Source: Mustelus asterias
Lineage: Eukaryota
Assembly: GCF_964213995.1 (NCBI RefSeq)
Contig: NW_027590190.1
Span: 558,001-622,000, forward strand
Direction of reading: 5' to 3'
Length of the DNA: 64,000 nucleotides
Positions within the stretch are counted from its first letter, which is position 1, and each line of letters starts with the position of its first letter. Below, piece after piece: positions 61,125 to 64,000 of this stretch. The notes under the pieces were generated by a model. It did no database searches, had not been told where the DNA came from, and worked only from the letters and a program-made list of their open reading frames with translations. The position numbers and the translations under genes are program-made.

Positions 61125-63545
61125 GTCACTTGTGAACGCTCTGGTGTGTCTGCAGATTGGCTGACCGAGTGAAACCCTTTCCACACACACAGCAGGTAAA
61201 CGACCTCTCCCCAGTGTGAACTCGCTTTGTACATTCAGATCAGATGAAGATCTGGAACTCTTTTCACAATGAGTTCAGCCGAATGGCTTCTCCCCAGTGC
61301 GAACTCGCTGGTGTGACCAAAGCCCAGATGACCGAGTGAAGCCCTTCCCACACAGGGAGCAGTTGAATGATGTTTTTCCTGGTGTGAATTCACTGGTGTG
61401 CAGTGAGGTCGGAAGACTGCCTGAATTTATTTCCACAGTGAGTGCAGTTGAACAGCCTCCCCTCAGTGTGAACTTACTGGTGTAACATGAGGCTGGCTGA
61501 CTGAGTGAATCCCTTCCCCCACACAGTGCAGGTGAATGGCCTCTCCCCAGTGTGAGTGCGTTGCTGTGCAGTGAGTGTGGATAACTGCCCAAAGCTCTTT
61601 CCACAGGAGGTGCAGCTAAATGGTTTCTCCTCAGTGTGAATTCTCTTATGTACCACCAGTTTGGCTGACTGAGTGAATTCCATCCCACACTCCGAGCAGG
61701 TGAATGATTTCTCCCCAGCGAGAACAGGCTTCTGTGCACTGAGGTTGGATGAAGACCTGAAGCTCTTCCCACAAGAAGTGCAGCTGTATGGCTTCTTCCC
61801 AGTGTGATTTCTCTGGTGTGTTAGCAGGGTGAGATAACTGAGTAAATTCCTTCCCACAGACTGAGCAGGGGTATGGCCTCTCCTCAGTGTGAACTCTGTG
61901 GTGTGACCAAAGGCCAGATGACTGAGTAAATCCTTTCTCACATATGGAGCAGATGAATTGCTTCTCCCCAGTGCGAGTGTGTTGGTATATTAACAGGATG
62001 GAGGACTGGGTGAATCTCTTTCCACGGAGAAGCTGAATGGTCTCATCCCAGTGTGAATTTGCTGATGTGCAGTGAGGGTAGATGACTGTTTAAACCTCCT
62101 TTCACAGTATGTGCAGCCATACGGTCTTTCCTCAGTGTGAATTCGCAGGTGTGACACGAGGCTCGCTGCCTTAATAAATCCTTTTCCACACACAAGAGGT
62201 GAATAGCTTCTCCCCAGCATGACTGCGTCAATGGACTCCTCCGGAGCCTTCAACATGTCATTGATGAAGACGAACATCTCGCCAAGGCCATCCCCACACC
62301 CCCACTTCTTGCCTTCAAACAACCGCACAACCTCAAACAGACCATTGTCCGCAGCAAACTACCCAGCCTTCAGGAGAACAGTGACCAAGACACCACACAA
62401 CCCTGCCACAGCAACCTCTGCAAGACGTGCCGGATCATCGACACAGATGCCATCGTCTCACGTGAGAACACCATCCACCAGGTACACGGTACATACTCTT
62501 GCAACTCGGCCAACGTTGTCCACCTGATACGCTGCAAGAAAGGATGTCCCGAGGCATGGTACATTGGGGAAACTATGCAGACGCTGCGACAACGGATGAA
62601 TGAACACCGCTCGACAATCACCAGGCAAGACTGTTCTCTTCCTGTTGGGGAGCACTTCAGCGGTCACGGGCATTCGGCCTCTGATATTCGGGTAAGCGTT
62701 CTCCAAGGCGGCCTTCGCGACACACGACAGCGCAGAGTCGCTGAGCAGAAACTGATAGCCAAGTTCCGCACACACAAGGACGGCCTCAACCGGGATATTG
62801 GGTTTATGTCACACTATTTGTAACTCCCACAGTTGCGTGGACCTGCAGAGTTTCACTGGCTGTCTTGTCTGGAGACAATACACATCTTTTTAGCCTGTCT
62901 TGATGCTCTCTCCACTCCCATTGTTTTGTTTCTTAAAGACTGGATTAGTTGTAAGTATTCGCATTCCAACCATTATTCATGTAAATTGAGTCTGTGTCTT
63001 TATAAGTTCTGTTTGTGAACAGAATTCCCACTCACCTGAAGAAGGGGCTCAGAGCCTCGAAAGCTTGTGTGGCTTTTGCTACCAAATAAACCTGTTGGAC
63101 TTTAACCTGGTGTTGTTAAACTTCTTACAATGGACTTCCAGCAGACATGGATAATAGAATCCTTCACCACAATCCTCACATTTCCGCGGTCTCTCTGTGA
63201 TGCTGTTCCCAGTGTGACTGTGTTGATGGATTTCCAGCCGGGATGGATAATTGAATCCCTTCTCACAGTCCCCACATTTCCACAGTTTCTTCATGGTGCC
63301 GGTGCCCTTGTGTCTCTCCAGGTTGGACGACCAGTTGAAGCCTCGTTCACACACACAACACATGTACAGTTTCTCCTCGCTGTGAATGGTGTGATGTTTT
63401 TCAGGCTGTGTAACTGGTTGAAGCTCTTTCCATAGTTAGCTCACTCGAACACTCTCACTCATGTGTGTGTCTCGGTGCTTTTCCAGTCACACTGATGTTT
63501 GAAATCTTTTCCCACAGACAGAACAGACAAACATTTCTCGTTCCT
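61125..63545 (-). pseudogene. C2H2 zinc-finger pseudogene ZNF-F, interrupted by a Penelope-like element
   Basis: MKKLWKCGDCEKGFNYPSRLEIHQHSH at ~63296; more than 10 further fingers in several frames in 61125-62230. Confidence 0.85.
62238..63127 (+). mobile_element. 5'-truncated Penelope-like element (Cys-rich linker, GIY-YIG endonuclease, pLTR with hammerhead at 63033-63069)
   Basis: PCHSNLCKTC...SCNSANVVHLIRC...YIGETMQTLRQRMNEHR...VGEHF...GLNRD; TSD CAATGGACT at 62229-62237 and 63128-63136. Confidence 0.92.
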
Positions 63546-63744
63546 CATGCAGAGGTCGATGATATTCAGCTCCTAATGAATCTCTGTCAGATTTTGATGT
63601 TTATTTTAATTTGTGTAAATCCTCCCCTGGAAAATGGTTTGAAAAGAGTGTTCACAATGAGTACAGGATAGAAATTCAGAGCAGACAATTCTCGTTTCTC
63701 TGGAATATTCTCTCCCCCAATTTGTCAATCCCAGTCTCTGTCCC

Positions 63745-63990
63745 GCTCCAAGATGGCTACAGCCAGTTGCCTGGGTAACCCGCACCTTGCAACGGGGAGA
63801 AGCTCCGCCTACTCACTGTACCTTCACCAAGATGGCCACCCTGACAGGACATCTGAACCGGACCCACTTCGTCTCCCATGATGGTTGCCTAGGTAACCCA
63901 GGCCCATTACCGAGGAGGAAGCTCCGCCTCTCTGATTCACAATCGTAAGAAGGCAGCGAGCGAGCCCGCCCCCCTTGGTCCTGTCCCCGC
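63745..63990. promoter_or_regulatory. Promoter-like region upstream of ZNF-F with duplicated YY1 + RFX X-box module
   Basis: CAAGATGGC x2, GTTGCCTGGGTAAC (63766) and GTTGCCTAGGTAAC (63884), GAAGCTCCGCCT x2. Confidence 0.6.
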
Positions 63991-64000
63991 GGGAAAGGCG

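Overview
Cartilaginous-fish (shark-type) genomic DNA with one 194-nt gap (1933-2126). The first ~14.3 kb is the 3' part of an immunoglobulin mu (IgM) heavy-chain minilocus on the + strand. It comprises a long repeat-rich intron, Cmu1-Cmu4 with secretory tailpiece, then TM1/TM2; all splice junctions are phase-compatible and no V/D/J segment is visible. From ~16 kb onward lies a cluster of six C2H2 zinc-finger (ZNF) genes or pseudogenes with no visible KRAB domain, in both orientations, with NRF1/YY1/CCAAT/RFX-type promoter motifs. The cluster is densely interleaved with CR1, Rex1/Babar, L2-like, RTE-like and Tx1 LINEs, two tRNA-derived SINE families and Penelope-like elements carrying minimal hammerhead ribozymes. 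Strongest leads: (1) a G-rich ~20-bp tandem array carrying AID hotspots upstream of Cmu1, resembling a switch region; (2) a sense-strand hammerhead in the Cmu4-TM1 intron; (3) a CTCF motif just 3' of the Ig gene; (4) a ZNF family design with fossil fingers as 5' leader and an invariant 'W-finger'; (5) a palindromic bidirectional promoter; (6) a stem-conserved tRNA-Val-derived structure at a Tx1 tail-to-head junction inside a 12-kb co-oriented LINE mosaic. All calls are from reading the sequence by eye; repeat boundaries are approximate.
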